Positions 25,201 through 40,260 of a stretch of 64,000 nt of DNA are shown one piece after another. The position numbers and the translations under genes were made by a program. This DNA comes from Azolla caroliniana. Lineage: Eukaryota > Plantae > Polypodiophyta. The notes beneath the pieces were generated by a model. The model saw only the letters and a program-made list of their open reading frames with translations, was not told the origin of the DNA and ran no database searches. The stretch spans positions 1 through 64,000 of the forward strand of contig JBHGNT010000058.1 of the NCBI GenBank assembly GCA_043228905.1, in the 5' to 3' direction. Each line of letters begins with the position of its first letter. The first letter of the stretch is position 1.

Positions 25201-28200
25201 TGACAAAGAACTTTACTTTAATTTCTAAACTTAATCCCATTATTCGATTAATGGTAGAGGTTTCGAATGAAATTGGACCAAACATTATGTTGTTCGGGAG
25301 AACAAGAAACAATATATTTAGTTGTGGTTATTCATGAACATTGTTACGATAAATTAGTACACCAACAATTATAGTTTGTATAACTTGATACAATTTTAAG
25401 CCATACGCATAGATTGCAAAATAATGGTCAACTGTCGACAAGCATTGCAGCATGTTTCTTTTTTTGTAGCAAAGCACTAGAATAGTACATTAACTAATTA
25501 ATTTATTAAATGAATTCCATTGTAGTCTAGTTGGTTCGGATCCTTGTTTTTTACACGAGACTCCCGGGTATAACAATAGGCATTGGGAAAACTAGATACA
25601 TCATAGATCATGAGGTAATGTGACATCGACAAAAACCCTTGAAATTATTAAATCTTAGAAACGAGAGTGGGTTATAATAATCTTCTGTTTCTCGTTGATG
25701 GTTGCGCAATAAATAAATATTATTTATTACCAATCAATGATTGCAATATTAGAAAGTGCACAGGATGTTATCCATTGTAGTCTAGTTGGTTAGAATACTC
25801 GGCTCTCACACGAGAGACCCGGGTTCAACTCTCGGGGATAGACAGGACAATATCATATATTAAATTTTGCAACGCATGTTATGTGTTAACAGTTTGATAA
25901 CTCAAAAATTCAAGACCTAAAGTAGTTACAATTATGTACAATTAACAAAATAATCAATATTACGTTTGGTGGATTGATAAAGAATTTTAGTTTGATTGTT
26001 TTTCCGAACGTCAATTTCTAAATTAAATCCCCTTATTCAATTAATACTAGTGGTTTCAAATGAAATTTGACGAAAAATTATGTTGTTTGGGACAAGAAGA
26101 ACCAGTATATTTAGTTGTGGTTATTCCTCAACATTGTTATCACAAATTAGTACACCAAGAATTATAGTTTGGATAACTTGATACAATTTCAAACAATACG
26201 CATAGATTGCAAAATAATGGTCAACTGTTGACTAGCATTGCACCATGTTTCTTTCTTTGTAGCAAAGCACTTGAATAGTACATTTACTAATTCATTTAGT
26301 CAATGAATTCCATTTTAATCAAGTTGCCTTGAATCTTTGATTTTTGCTGGAGACGCGTGGGTACAAGCACAGGTATAGGAAAAATTAGATAAAAACCCTT
26401 GAAACTAGTAAATCTTAGAAACGAGAGTGTGTTAGAATAATCCTCAGTTTTTCGTTGATGCTTGCACAAAATATAAATAGTATTTATTTCCAATCAATGA
26501 TTGTAATATTACAAAGCACACAAAATGTGATCCATTGTACTCTAGTTGGTTAGGATACTCAACTCTAGGCCGAGAGACCCAGGTTCAACTACCGGCAATG
26601 GAAACGACAATATCATATATTAAATTTTCGACGCATATCATGTCTTAACTGTTTGATAACTCAATAACTCAAGACCTAAAGTAGGTGTTACAATAATGTA
26701 CAGTTAAATAAATAATCAATATTATGTTTGAAGGATTGATAAAGAAATTTACTTTGATTTTCTCCTCCTAACACCAATTTCTAAACTTAATCCCATTATT
26801 CGATTGTAATCACGTGGCCTCAAATCGTTGATTTTTACCCAAGACGCGTGGTTACAAGCACAGGCATAGGAAAAACTAGATATATCATACATGATGAGTT
26901 AATTTGGCACCGATAAAAACCCGTGAAATTATTAAATCTTAAAAACGAGAGTGTGTTAGAATAATCCTCTGTTTCTTGTTGATGATTGCGCAATATATAA
27001 ATATTATTTATTACTAATTAATGATTGCAATTTAAAAAAGTGTACAATATGTGATCGATTGAAGTCTAGTTGGTTAGAATACTCGGCTCTCACTTGAGAG
27101 ACCCGGGTTTAACTCCTGGCAATGAAAACGACAATATCATATATTAAATTTCTGAGGTATATCTTGTGTTAACTGTTTGATAACTTAAAAACTCAAGACC
27201 TAAAGTAGATGTTACAATAATGTACAATTAATAAAATAAACAATATTATGTCTGAAGGATTGATGACGAACATTGCTTTCCTTTTTTTCTCTTGTTGACA
27301 TGGCACCATATTTCTTTATTTGAACCAATATTACATTGACTAATTGATTTACGAAATAAATTCCATTGTAGTCTAGATTGCAGAATAATGGTCAACTATT
27401 GAGATACCCGGGTTCAACTCCCACCAATAGAAAAGACAATATCATATATCATATTTTGTGACGCATGTCATGTGTTAAGTGCTCGATAACTCAACAACTG
27501 AAGACCTAACATTATGTTGTTCGGGATAACAACATGCAGTATATTTAGTTCTGGTTATCCACAACATTGTTATGACAAATTAGTACACCTACAATTATAG
27601 TTTCGATAATTCGATAGAATTTCAAACAATACGCATAGATTACAGAGTAATGGTCAATTGTCGATGAGTATTGCACCATGTTTCTTTATTTTTAACAAAG
27701 GACTAAAATGGTACATTAACTAAGTCATTTACTAAATGAAAACCATTGTAATCAAGTTGCCTCGAATCCTTGCTTTTTACCTGAGACACTCGGGTACAAG
27801 TAGATATATCCTATATCATGAGTTAATATGGCATTGATAAAAACCCTTGAAATTATTAAATCTTAAAAACGAGAGTGTGTTCGAAAAAACCTCTGTTTCT
27901 TGTTGATGCTTGTGCAATATATAAATATTATTTATTTCTAATCAATGATAGCAAGATTAAAAAGCACACAAGCTGTGATCCACGATAGTCTAGTTGGTTA
28001 GGATACTCGGCCCTCATGTGAGAGACCCGGGTACAACTCCCGGCAATGGAAACGACAATATCCTATATTAAATTTCCGACGCATATAAGGTGGTAATTGT
28101 TTGATAACTAAAAAAATCCAGTCCTAAAGTAGGTGTTACAATAATGTACGACTAACAAAATAAAGAATTTTATGTTTCAACGATTGATAACGAACTTTAC

Positions 28201-29890
28201 TTTGATTTTCGTCTCCTAACATCAATTTCTAAACTTAATTCCATTATTCGATTAATGGTAGAGGTTTCGAATGAAATTGGAAAAAATAATATGTTGTTCG
28301 GGACAACAAGAAAAAGTATATTTAGTTGTGGTTATTCCTCAACATTGTTACGATAAATTAGTACACCAAGATTTATATTTTAGATAACTTGATCCAATTT
28401 CAAACAATACACTTAGATTGCATAATAATGTTCAACTATCGACAAGCATTGCACCATTATTTTTTATTTGGAGCATGGCAGTAGAATAGTGCATTAACTA
28501 ACTCATTTACTAAATCAATTCCTATGTAATCGAGATGCCTGGAATCGTTGATTTTTACCCGAGACACGTGGGTACAAGTACAGGAATAGGAAAAACTAGA
28601 TACAGCATAGCTCATGAGCTAATTTGGCATCGATAAAATCCGGTGAGCTTATTAAATCTTAAAAACGAGAGTGTGTTACAATAATCCTCTGTTACTTGTT
28701 GATGCTTGCGCAACATATAAATATTATTTATCACTAATCAATGATTGCAATATTAAAAAGTGTACCAGATGTGATCCATGGAAGTCTAGTTGGTTAGAAT
28801 ACTCGGCTCTCACCCGAGAGACACGGGTTTAACTCCCGGCAATGAAAACGACAATATCATATATTAAATTTCCAAGGCATATCTTGTGTTAACTGTTTGA
28901 TAACTCAAAAACTCAAGACCTCAAGTAGATGTTACAATAATGTACAATTAACAAAATAATCAATATTATGTTTGGAGGATTGATGACGAACATTGCTTTC
29001 TTTTTATTCTCCTAACATCAATTTCTAAACTTAATCCATTATTCAATTAATAGTAGAGGTTTCAAAAAAATTTGACAAAATATTATTATGTTCGGGACAA
29101 GAAGAAGCAATATATTTAGTTGTGGTTATTTCTCAACATTATCATGGTGAATTCTCGATGAGCATTGCACAATGTTTCTTGATTTGAAGTAATGCACTAG
29201 ACTATTATATTAACTAATTCATTTACTAAAAGAATTCCAGTATAGTCTAGTTTGTTCGGATCCTTCTTTTTTAGAGGAGACTCCCGGGTACAACAATTGG
29301 CATGGGAAAAACTAAGTCATTTACTAAATGAACACCATTGTAATCAAGTTGCCTCAAATCCTTGCTTTTTACCTGAGACACCCGGGTACAAGTAGATATA
29401 TCCTATATCATGAGTTAATATGGCATTGATAAAAACCCTTGAAATTATTAAATCTTAAAAACGAGAGTGTGTTAGAATAATCCTCAGTTTTTTGTTGATG
29501 CTTGCGCAATATATAAATATTATTTATTTCTAATCAATGATAGCAAGATTAAAAAGCACACAAGATGTGATCCACGATAGTCTAGTTGGCTAGAATACAT
29601 GACTCTGACCCGAGAGACCCGGGTTCAACTCTCAGGAATAGAAAGGACCATATCATATATTACATTTCCAACGCATATCATGTGTTATCTGTTTGATAAC
29701 TGAATAACTCAAGACCTAAAGTAGGTGTTACAATAATGTACAATTAACAAAATAATCAATATTATGTTTGAAGGATTGATAAGGAACTTTACTTTGATTT
29801 TTTTCTCCTAACATCAATTTCTAAACTTAATTCCATTATTCGATTAATGGTAGAGGTTTCGAATGAAATTGGACAAAATAATATGTTGTA

Positions 29891-32136
29891 CGGAAATCCG
29901 CCGCGTAGGCCGAGGCTGGACGATCGCCTTGATGCAATCGCCGGATCTTGTTGATCGTCGTCCTGATGTTGTCGGTGTCTCCAAAGCAGGCTTTGAACTC
30001 ACTAATAAAATCTTCAAAGTTATTAAGCAAGGGCACCATTAACTCGCTCTAAAAGACTTGATATAAGAGGAAGTGCATAGCTATTCCGGATGGTGACTTT
30101 ATTCAATCTGCGGTAATCAACGACAAGACGAAGTGAGCCATCTTTCTTCTTGACAAAGAAGATGGGTGCACCGGCCGGAGATTTCGAATGGCGGATGAAC
30201 CCGCTTGCCAAGTTCTCCTCTATGTAGGCTCGAAGGACTTCTAACTCGGTGGGTGACAAGTTGTAAATTGGTCCCCATGGTGGCTCGGTTCCTGGTTGTA
30301 AATCGATGGGACAGTCATAGGGACGGTGATGAGGAAGGGTACCGGCTTTTACCTTGTCAAATACATCGGCATAAGGATGATATTTTGCCGGAAGTTGTAC
30401 AGAGGAGTCCTTCTTGGGGTGAAATGGTCAAAACTTGGTGAGTTGATTCTTGGGGTGGTCGATATCAGACTTCTCTTGTTCTCCAATCTATGGTTGGATT
30501 ATGTAATTCAAACCAAGGTAATCCTAGGACAATGGGATGCTCTAGGCTACTAATTATATTAAATGATATTACACACACAAAACTACCTAGGACAACCTGA
30601 ATGGGTTCTGATTCTTCTACAATATTCCCGGAAGCAATGGGACGACCATCAATGACTACTACAGATGCGGGACAAGGAAGTTTTCTTAACGATATCTGAG
30701 AAGCTATAAAGACATAATCGATTTGCACGTCGTCGTTGCTTTTCTTCTTCCGATAACGGGCCGCGTCGATGCATGGTATCGATCTCCATCGGTGTCGAAG
30801 TATTTGCTTGAGGTATGTCTCGTGCAAACGGTCTAGCCGCGACTGTGGCATAAGTGGGCTCCGGCCTAGCGCGTGGTATCTGTAATTGACGTTCCGAACG
30901 CCGTTCGAAAAGGCGGTTGTCACATCGAACCACTCGACTGATTGCCTCTGTAATAGACTTTGGTTCTTCGGGGAAGGTTAGAAGTAGATCTTTGACATCA
31001 TTTCGCAGACCATAGCGAAACTGCTCCATTAGTGCTTGATCATCCCAGGGTATGTCGGAAGCGAGTAGGCGGAAATCCGCCGCGTAGGCCGAGGCTGGAC
31101 GATCGCCTTGATGCAATCGCCGGATCTTGTTGATCGTCGTCCTGATGTTGTCGGTGTCTCCAAAGCAGGCTTTGAACTCACTAATAAAATCTTCAAAGTT
31201 ATTAAGCAAGGGCGATTGTTTTTTTAGAAGCGGAGTGAACCATGCTAAGGCTGAGCCACTAAGCAACGTGCCTATTAAGCCGACTCGAGATGCATCAGTG
31301 GGATATTGGGAAGGATGCATTTGGAGGACTAATCGTACCTGATTAAGGAATCCCCTGAATTTCGATCGCGTTCCATCAAATTTCACAAGAACTCCAATCT
31401 TCGGCTCTTTATGAAATCCTTGGGGACTTGATCCTTGTTGTTGCAATACCGCTTCGAGTTGTTGCACCCGTAACGCTAACTCCCCATGTTGTTGCTGCGT
31501 TTGTTGCTTTTCTAGAGCGATTTGTTGCAGATCCCCTATCAGCCGTTGGTTTTCTTGTTCTAGGGCAACAAACTTTTCTTTTCGGCACCGTAACTCGGAG
31601 AAAACGGATTGATATTCTTGGGCGCTAACAGTAGCCATAGTAGAGGGAAAAGGGTATGAGGATGAGGGAGAACGACAAGTAGGCTGGAGGAAAGAAAAAA
31701 ATTGGTTCAAACTATCAAGAAGAGTACTAAAGCAGAGATGGAATTAGTACTAAGAAGAACAGTACTATTAGTACTAAGAGGACGGGACTGCGTAAGATTC
31801 CTGAGAAAGAGGAAGTGAGAAGAGGAGAGACAGAGATAGGATGATGACATCAGCTCTTATATTATATGAAAGATAAGTACAAATCGGCTAAGAGGCTTAA
31901 GACTGGTGTTGAACCAATTTGGTTCAAAACAATGCCTTGTGCCTCCTTTTATAGTGTTTTTAGGAATAATCCTGAAGCTTCTAGAATGTTCCAGAGAGAT
32001 CGGGAATATACATCAATTTTCTATGATAAAGAATAAATAAAAATAATACCCTACAAATTACAATTCATAGTCTAATGGTAAGAGCTCGACCCATGTAGCA
32101 TAAGGTCATGGGTTCGAGTATTGCCATATCATGACA
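29891..32136 (-). mobile_element. Truncated duplicate of element 1 (5' LTR 31713-32136, gag, part of PR/RT); produced by the duplication, not by transposition
   Basis: Near-identical to 12409-14654 with the same right flank CTAGTTGGTTCAG; no second LTR and no left TSD. Confidence 0.93.
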
Positions 32137-35100
32137 CTAGTTGGTTCAGATACTTGTTTTTTACACGAGACTCCCGGGTACAACAATTGGCATGGGAAAA
32201 ACTAAATACATCATATATCATGAGTTAATATCTCATCGATAAAAACCCTTGAAATTATTAAATCTTAAAAACGAGAGTGTGTTAGAATAATCCTCAGTTT
32301 CTTGTTAATACTTGCGCAATCTATAAATATTATTTATTACTAATCAATGATTGCAATATTAAAAAGTACACTAGATATGATCCATTGTAGTCTAGTTGGT
32401 TAGGATACTTGGCTTTCACCCGAGAGACCCGGGTTTAACTCCCGGCAATGGAAACGACAATATCATATATAAAATTTCCGACGTATATCATGTGTTAATT
32501 GTTTGATAACTTCCGGGTACAACAATAGGCATTGGAAAAACTAGAGACGTCATAGATCATGAGGTAATGTCGCATCGATAAAAACTTTTCAAATTATTAA
32601 ATCTTAAAAATGACAGTGTGTTAGAATAATCCTGAGTTTCTCGTTGATGCTTGCCCAATATATCAATATCACTTATTACTAATCTATGATTGGAATATAT
32701 CTATACACAAGATAGGATCCATTGTAGTCTAGTTGGTTAAGATACTCGGCTTTCACCTGAGAGACCCGTGTTCAACTCCCAGCAATGGAAACGACAATAT
32801 CATATTATAAATTTCCAACGCATATCATGTGTTAACTGTTTGATAACTCAAAAACTCAAGACCTAAAATGTAAAATTAACAAAATAATCAATATTATGTT
32901 TGAAGGATTGATGACAAATTTAGTTTGGTTTTTATACATTTCGATAACTTGATAGAATTTCCAAACATACGCATAGATTGTAGAATAATGCTGAACTCTC
33001 GATCAACATTGCACCATAGTTCTTTATTTGAAGAAAAGGACTAGAATATTACATTAACTAATTCATTTACTAAATTAATTCCATTGTAGTCTAGTTGGTT
33101 CGGATCCTTGTTTTTTACACGAGATTGCCGGGTACAACATTATGTTGTTCAGGAAAACAAGAAGCGGCAGATTTGGTTGTGGTTATTCTTGAACATCGAT
33201 AGTTTCGATCACTTGATACAATTTCAAACAATACGCATAGATTGGAGAATAATGGTTAATTGTCGATGACTATTGCACTATGTTTCTTTATTTGTAAGAA
33301 AGGACTAGAATGGTACATTAACTAATTCATTAACAAAGGACTAGAATGGTACATTGTAATCAAGTTGCCTTGGATGCTTACTTTTTACCTGGGACGCCCG
33401 ACTACAAGTAGATATATCATATATCATGAGTTAATGTGGCATCGATAAAAATCCTTGAAATTATTAAATCCTAAAAACAATAGTGTGTTAGAATAATCCT
33501 TAGTTTTTCATTGATGCTTGCGCAATATATAAATATTATTTATTTCTAATCAATTATAGCAATATTGAAAAGCATAGAAGATGTGATCCATTGTAGTCTA
33601 GTTGGTTAGGATGATCGCATCTCACCCGAGAGACCCGTGTTCAACTCCCGGTAATGGAAAAGACAATACCATATATCAAATTGTGCGACGCATGTCATGT
33701 GTGTATTGTTTGATAACTTAAAAACTCAAGCCCTAAAGTAGTTCATACAATAATGTACAATTAACAAAATAATTAATATTATGTTTGAAGGATTGACAAA
33801 GAACTTTACTTTAATTTCTAAACTTAATCCCATTATTCGATTAATGGTAGAGGTTTCGAATGAAATTGGACCAAACATTATGTTGTTCGGGAGAACAAGA
33901 AACAGTATATTTAGTTGTGGTTATTCATGAACATTGTTACGATAAATTAGTACACCAACAATTATAGTTTGTATAACTTGATACAATTTTAAGCAATACG
34001 CATAGATTGCAAAATAATGGTCAACTGTCAACAAGCATTGCAGCATGTTTCTTTTTTTGTAGCAAAGCACTAGAATAGTACATTAACTAATTAATTTACT
34101 TAATGAATTCCATTGTAGTCTAGTTGGTTCGGATCCTTGTTTTTTACACGAGACTCCCGGGTACAACAATAGGCATTGGGAAAACTAGATACATCATAGA
34201 TCATGAGGTAATGTGACATTGACAAAAACCCTTGAAATTATTAAATCTTAAAAACGAGAGTGGGTTATAATAATCTTCAGTTTCTCGTTCATGGTTGTGC
34301 AATAAATAAATATTATTTATTACCAATCAATGATTTATCACTAATCAATAATTGCAATATTAAAAAGTGTACCAGATGTTATCCATGGAAGTCTAGTTGG
34401 TTAGAATACTCGGCTCTCACACAAGAGACACGGGTTTAACTACCGGCAATGAAAACGACAATATCATATATTAAATTTCCGAGGCATATATTGTGTTAAC
34501 TGTTTGATAACTCAAATAATCAAGACCTCAAGTAGATGTTACAATAATGTACAATTAACTAAATAATCAATATTATGTTTGAAGGATTGATGACGAACAT
34601 TGCTTTCCTTTTTTTCTCCTAACATCAATTTCTAAACTTAATCCCATTATTCAATCTAATAGTAGAGGTTTCAAATGAAATTTGACAAAATATTATTATG
34701 TTCGGGATAAGAAGAACCAATATATTTAGTCGTGGTTATTTCTCAACATTATTACGACAAACTAGTACACCAAGAATTATAATTTGGATAGCTTGATACA
34801 ATTTCTAAAAATATGCATAGATTGTCGAATAATGGTGAATTCTCGCTGACATGGCACCATGTTTCTTTATTTGAAGTAAAGCACTAGAATATTACATTAA
34901 CTAATGCATTTACTAAATGAATTCCATTGTAGTCTAGTTGGTTTGGATCATTGTGTTTTACACAAGACTCCCGAGTACAGCAATTGGCATGAGAAAAACT
35001 AGATACATCATAGATCATGAGTTAATATCGCATCGATTAAAACCCTTGAAATTATTAAATCTTAAAAAAAAGAGTGTGTTCGAATAATCCTCAGTTTCTC

Positions 35101-38100
35101 GTTGATGCTTGCGCAATATATAAATTATATTTATTACTAATCAATGATTGCAATATTAAAAAGTACAGAAGATATGATCCATTGTAGTCTAGTTGGTTAG
35201 GATACTCGGCTTTCACCTGAGAGACCCGTGTTCAAGTCCCGGCAATGGAAACGACAATATCATATATTAAATTTCTGACGCATATGATGTTTTAATTGTT
35301 TGATAACTCAAAAACTCAAGATTATGTTTGAAGGATTGATGATGAACTTTCCTCGATCAAGATTCCAAAAATACGCATTGATTGTCAAATAATGGTGACT
35401 TCTCGATTATCATTGCACCATGTTTGTTTATTTGAACGAAAGCACTTGAATATTACATTAACCAATTCATTTACTAAATGAATTCCATTGTAGTCTAGTT
35501 CGTTCAGATCCTTGTTTTTTACACAAGACTCCCGGGTACAACAATAGGCATTGGAAAAACTAGATACATTATAGATGATGAGGTAATGTCACATCGATAA
35601 AAACCGTTGAAATTATTAAATATTAAAAACGAGAATGTGGTTACGACAAATTAGTACACCGACAATTATAGTTTGGATAACTTGATAGAATTTCCAAAAA
35701 TATGCATAGATTGTAGAATAATGGTGAACTCTCGATCCACATTGCACCATATTTCTTTATTTGAAGCAAAGCACTAGAATATTACATTAACTAATTCATT
35801 TACTAAATAAATTCCATTGTTTCCTAGTTGGTTCGGATCCTCATTTTTTTACGCATAGATTGCAGAATTATGGTCAACTATCGAGAGACCCGGGTTCAAC
35901 TCCCACCAATAGAAAAGACAATATCATATATCATATTTTGTGACGCATGTCATGTGTTAAGTGTTCGATAACTGAAAAATTGAAGACCTAAAGTAGTTGT
36001 TACAATAATGTACAATTAATAAAATAATCAATATTATGTTTGAAGGATTGATAAAGAACTATAGTTTGTTTTTTTTCTCCTAACATTAATTTCTAAACAT
36101 AATCCCATTATTCAATTAAAAGGAGAGGTGTCAAATGAAATTTGACATAACATTATGTATTTCGGAACAAGAAAAAGCAATATATTTAGTCGTGGTTATT
36201 CCTCAACATCGTTACGACAATTATAGTTTGGGTAGCTTGATACAATTTCCAAAAATACACATAGATTGTAGAATTATAGTGAACTCTCGATGATCATTGC
36301 ACCATGTTTCTTTATTTGAAGGAAGGCACTAGAATATTACATTAACTAATTCATTTACTCAATGAATTCCATTGTAGTCTAGTTGGATCAAATCCTTGTA
36401 TTTTACACGAGACTCCCGGGTACATCAATAGGCATTGGGAAAACTATATACATCATAGATCATGATATATTGTGGCATTGATAAAAACCCTTGAAATTAT
36501 TAAATCTTAACAACGAGAGTGTGTTAGAATAATCCTCTGTTTCTCATTGATGCTTGTGAAATATATAAATATTATGTATTATTACTCAATGACTGCAATA
36601 TTAAAAAGTGCAAAAGATGTGATCCATCATAGTCTAGTTGTTTAGGATACTCGGCTCTCACCCGAGAGACCTGGGTTCAACTTCCGGCAATGAAAACGAC
36701 AATATCATATATTAAATTTCCCACGCATATCATGTGCTAACTATTGGATAATTTAGAAACTCAAGATCAAGATCTAAAGTAGTTGTTACAATAATGTACA
36801 ATTAACAAAATAAACAATATTATGTCTGAAGGATTGATGAGTAACTTTACCTTGATTTTTTTCTCGTAACATCAATTTCTAAAGTTAATCAAATTATTCA
36901 ATTAATGGTAGAGGTTTCAAATGAAATTGGACAAAACATTATGTTTTTGAGGATAACAAGAAGCAGTAGATTTAGGTGGGGTTACTACACCAATAATTAT
37001 AGATTGGATAACTCGATACAATATAAAACAATACGCAGAATAATGGTCAACTGTCGACAAGCATTCCACATGTTTCTTTATTTGTAGCAAAGCACTAGAA
37101 TAGTACATTAACTAATTCATTTGATAAATGAATTCCATTGTAATCAAGTTGCCTCGGATGCTTGCTTTTTACCCGAGACGCACGACTATAAGTAGATATA
37201 TCATATATTATGAATTAATGTGGCATCGATAAAAACCCTTGAAATTATTAAATCTTAAAACCGAGAGTGTGTTAGAAAAATATTATATTATTGCAAAATA
37301 TTTATATTATTTTTTTCTAATCAATGATTGCAATAATAGAAAGCAGAGAAGATGTAATCCATTGTAGTCTAGTTGGTTAGAATACTCCGCTCCTACCCAA
37401 GAGAACCGGGTTAAACTCCCATCAATGGATACATCATAGCTCATGAGTTAATTTGGCATCGATAGAAATCCGTAAAATTATTAAATCTTAAAAACGAGAC
37501 TGTGTTAGAATAATCCTGTGTTTGTCGTAGATCCTTGCACAATATATAAATATTATTTATTTTTTTCTTCTAACATGAATTTCTAAACTTAGTCCCATTA
37601 TTCAATTAATGGTACACCTTTCAAATGAAATTTGAGAAAACATTATGTTGTTCGATATGACAAGAAGAAGTATATTTAGTTCTGGTTATTCCACAACTTT
37701 TTTACAACAAATTATTTCTTTATTTCTAACAAAGGACTAAAAGTAAATATTTCCTATATCATGAGTTAATATGGCATTGATAAAAACCCTTGAAATTATT
37801 AAATCTTAAAAACGACAGTGTGTTAGAATAATCATTAGTTTTTCGTTGATACCTGCGAAATATATTATTAATTTCTAATCAATGATAAAAAGATTAAAAA
37901 GCACACAAGATCTGATCTACGATAGTCTAGTTGGTTAGGATACTCGGCCTTCACCTGAGAGACCCAGGTTCAACTCCCGGCAATGGAAACGATAATATCA
38001 TATATTAAATTTCTGATGCATATCAGGTGTTAACTCTTTGATAACTCAGAAACTGAAGTCCTAAAGTAGGTGTTACAATAATGTACAATTAACAAAATAA

Positions 38101-39805
38101 TCAATTTTATGTTTCAACGATTCATGACGAACTTTACTTTGATTTTCTTCTCCGAACATCAATTTCTAAACTTCATTCCATTATTCGATTTATGGTAGAA
38201 ATTTCAAAAGAAATTGGACAAAATATTATGTTGTTCGGGACAACAAGAAGAAGAAAATATTATGTGGTTACTCCTCAACATTATTACGATAAATTAGTAC
38301 ACCAACAATTATAGTTTAGATAACTTGATTCAATTTCAAACAATATGCATAGATTGCAGAATAATGTTCAACTGTCGACAAGCATGATACCATTTTTCTT
38401 TATTTGTAGCATAGCACTAGAATAGTACATTCACTAACTCATTTACTAAATGAATTCCATTGTAATCAAGTTGCCTCGAATCGTTAATTTTTACCCGAGA
38501 CGCGTGGGTACAAGTACATGCATAGGAAAAACTAGACACATCATAGCTCATGAGTTAGTTTGGCATCGATAAAAACCGATGAACTTATTAAATCTTAAAA
38601 TCGAGAGTGTGTTAGAATAATCCTCAGTTGCTCGTTGATGCTTGCGCAATATATAAATATTATTTATTACTAATCTAAATAATGTACAATTAACAAAATA
38701 ATCATTATTATGTTTGAAGGATTGATGACAAACTTTGCTTTCATTTTTTTCTCCTAACATCAGTTTCTCCTAAACTTAATCCCATTATTTAATTGCACCA
38801 AACATTATGTTTTTCGGGAAAACAAGAAGCAGTACATCCAGTTGTGGTTATTCCTAAACATTGTTACGATAAATTAGTAAACCAACAAGTATAATTTTGA
38901 TAATTTGATACAATTTCAAAAAATACTCCTAGATTGCAAAATACTGGTCAACTGCCGACAAGCATTGCACCATGTTTCTTTATTTGTAGCAATGCACTAG
39001 AATAGTACATTAACTAATTCATTTACTCAATGAATTCCATTCTAATCAAGTTGCCTCGACTCATTCATTTTCATCCGAGATGCGCGGGTACATGCACAGG
39101 CATAGGAAAAACTAGATACATCATAGATCATTAGTTAATTTGGCATCGATAAAAACCCGTAAAATTATTAAATCTTAAAAACCAGAGTGTGGTAGAATAA
39201 TCCTCTGTTTCTTGTTGATGCTTCCGCAATATATAAATATTATTTATTACTAATCAATGATTGCAATATAAAAAAGTGCACAAGATGTGATCCATTGTAG
39301 TCTAGTTGGTTAGAATGCTTGGCTCTCACACGAGAGACCCAGGTTCAACTCCTGGGAATAGATTGCACCAACAATTATAGTTTGGATAACTTGATACAAT
39401 TTCAAACAATACACGTAGATTGCAAAATAATGGTCAACTGTAGTAAAGCACTCGAATATTACATTAACTAATTCATTTATTAAATGAACTCCACTATAGT
39501 CTAGTTCGTTCATATACTTGTTTTTTACAGGAGACTCCCGGGTACAACAATTGGCATGGGAAAAACTAAATACATCATAGATCATGAGTTTACACAATAC
39601 TCTCGGGTACAACATTATGTTGTTCGGGAAAACAAGAAGCGGTAGATTTGGTTGCGGTTATTCCTGAACATTGTTATGACAAATTAGTATAGCAACAATT
39701 ATACTTTGGATCACTTGATACAATTTCAAACAATACGCATAGATTGTAGAATAATGGTCAATTGTCGATGACTATTGCATTATGTTTCTTTATTTGTAAC
39801 AAAGG

Positions 39806-40260
39806 TATTATAGATCATAGTACTAATGTAAGCTTAAGATAAGGATAATGAAAAGATAGATAGAAAGGAGAAAGAGAAAGAAGGGTGCCGATCCACCCGA
39901 CCACCCCCGAGCGAAGGGATCGAGACGGACTCGAGCCTCGATCGGCGTCCCATACCACCGCCGTGGCGTCGAGTCGTACCTGGTGCTGGCGCGCTCGCTA
40001 CAAGAGTTGACCCACCACACGAGCAGAGTCTCGATGTAGTCAAAAGATGATCAAATGAGGGTAGCTAGGCCTCTTATTTATAGCGAAACCCAAGGCCCCC
40101 AGGCAAGTTCACACTTGACCTAATGGGTTGTCTCAATCCCGAGGATTAAAAGTAATCCTCCCCTTCTTTACACTCTCATTTAACCCTCACACTTATCCAC
40201 GTGTATAGAATACTACGGTAAATTCTTACCACGGGATATTATATGGTCATGCCCGTAACA
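39806..40260 (-). repeat. 3' LTR of element 2
   Basis: Direct repeat of 46368-46822; element-strand termini TGTTAC...ATAATA. Confidence 0.95.

Larger units (their letters stand above)
12409..29890 (+). repeat. Tandem segmental duplication, copy A (17,482 bp)
   Basis: ORFs recur at +17482 (13167->30649, 19423->36905, 21066->38548) and at +24504/+24503 after the inserted element (23513->48017, 26296->50799). Confidence 0.95.

Noticed and set aside
26531-26603. tRNA copy with CTA at the anticodon position (possible amber suppressor; duplicate near 51034)
   Set aside because: The anticodon stem is broken (CTCAA/CCGAG) and the loop is altered (CTCTAGG); best explained as decay.
39823-40043. Identical small ORFs at 39823-40043 and 46385-46605
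   Set aside because: They only reflect the two identical LTRs.
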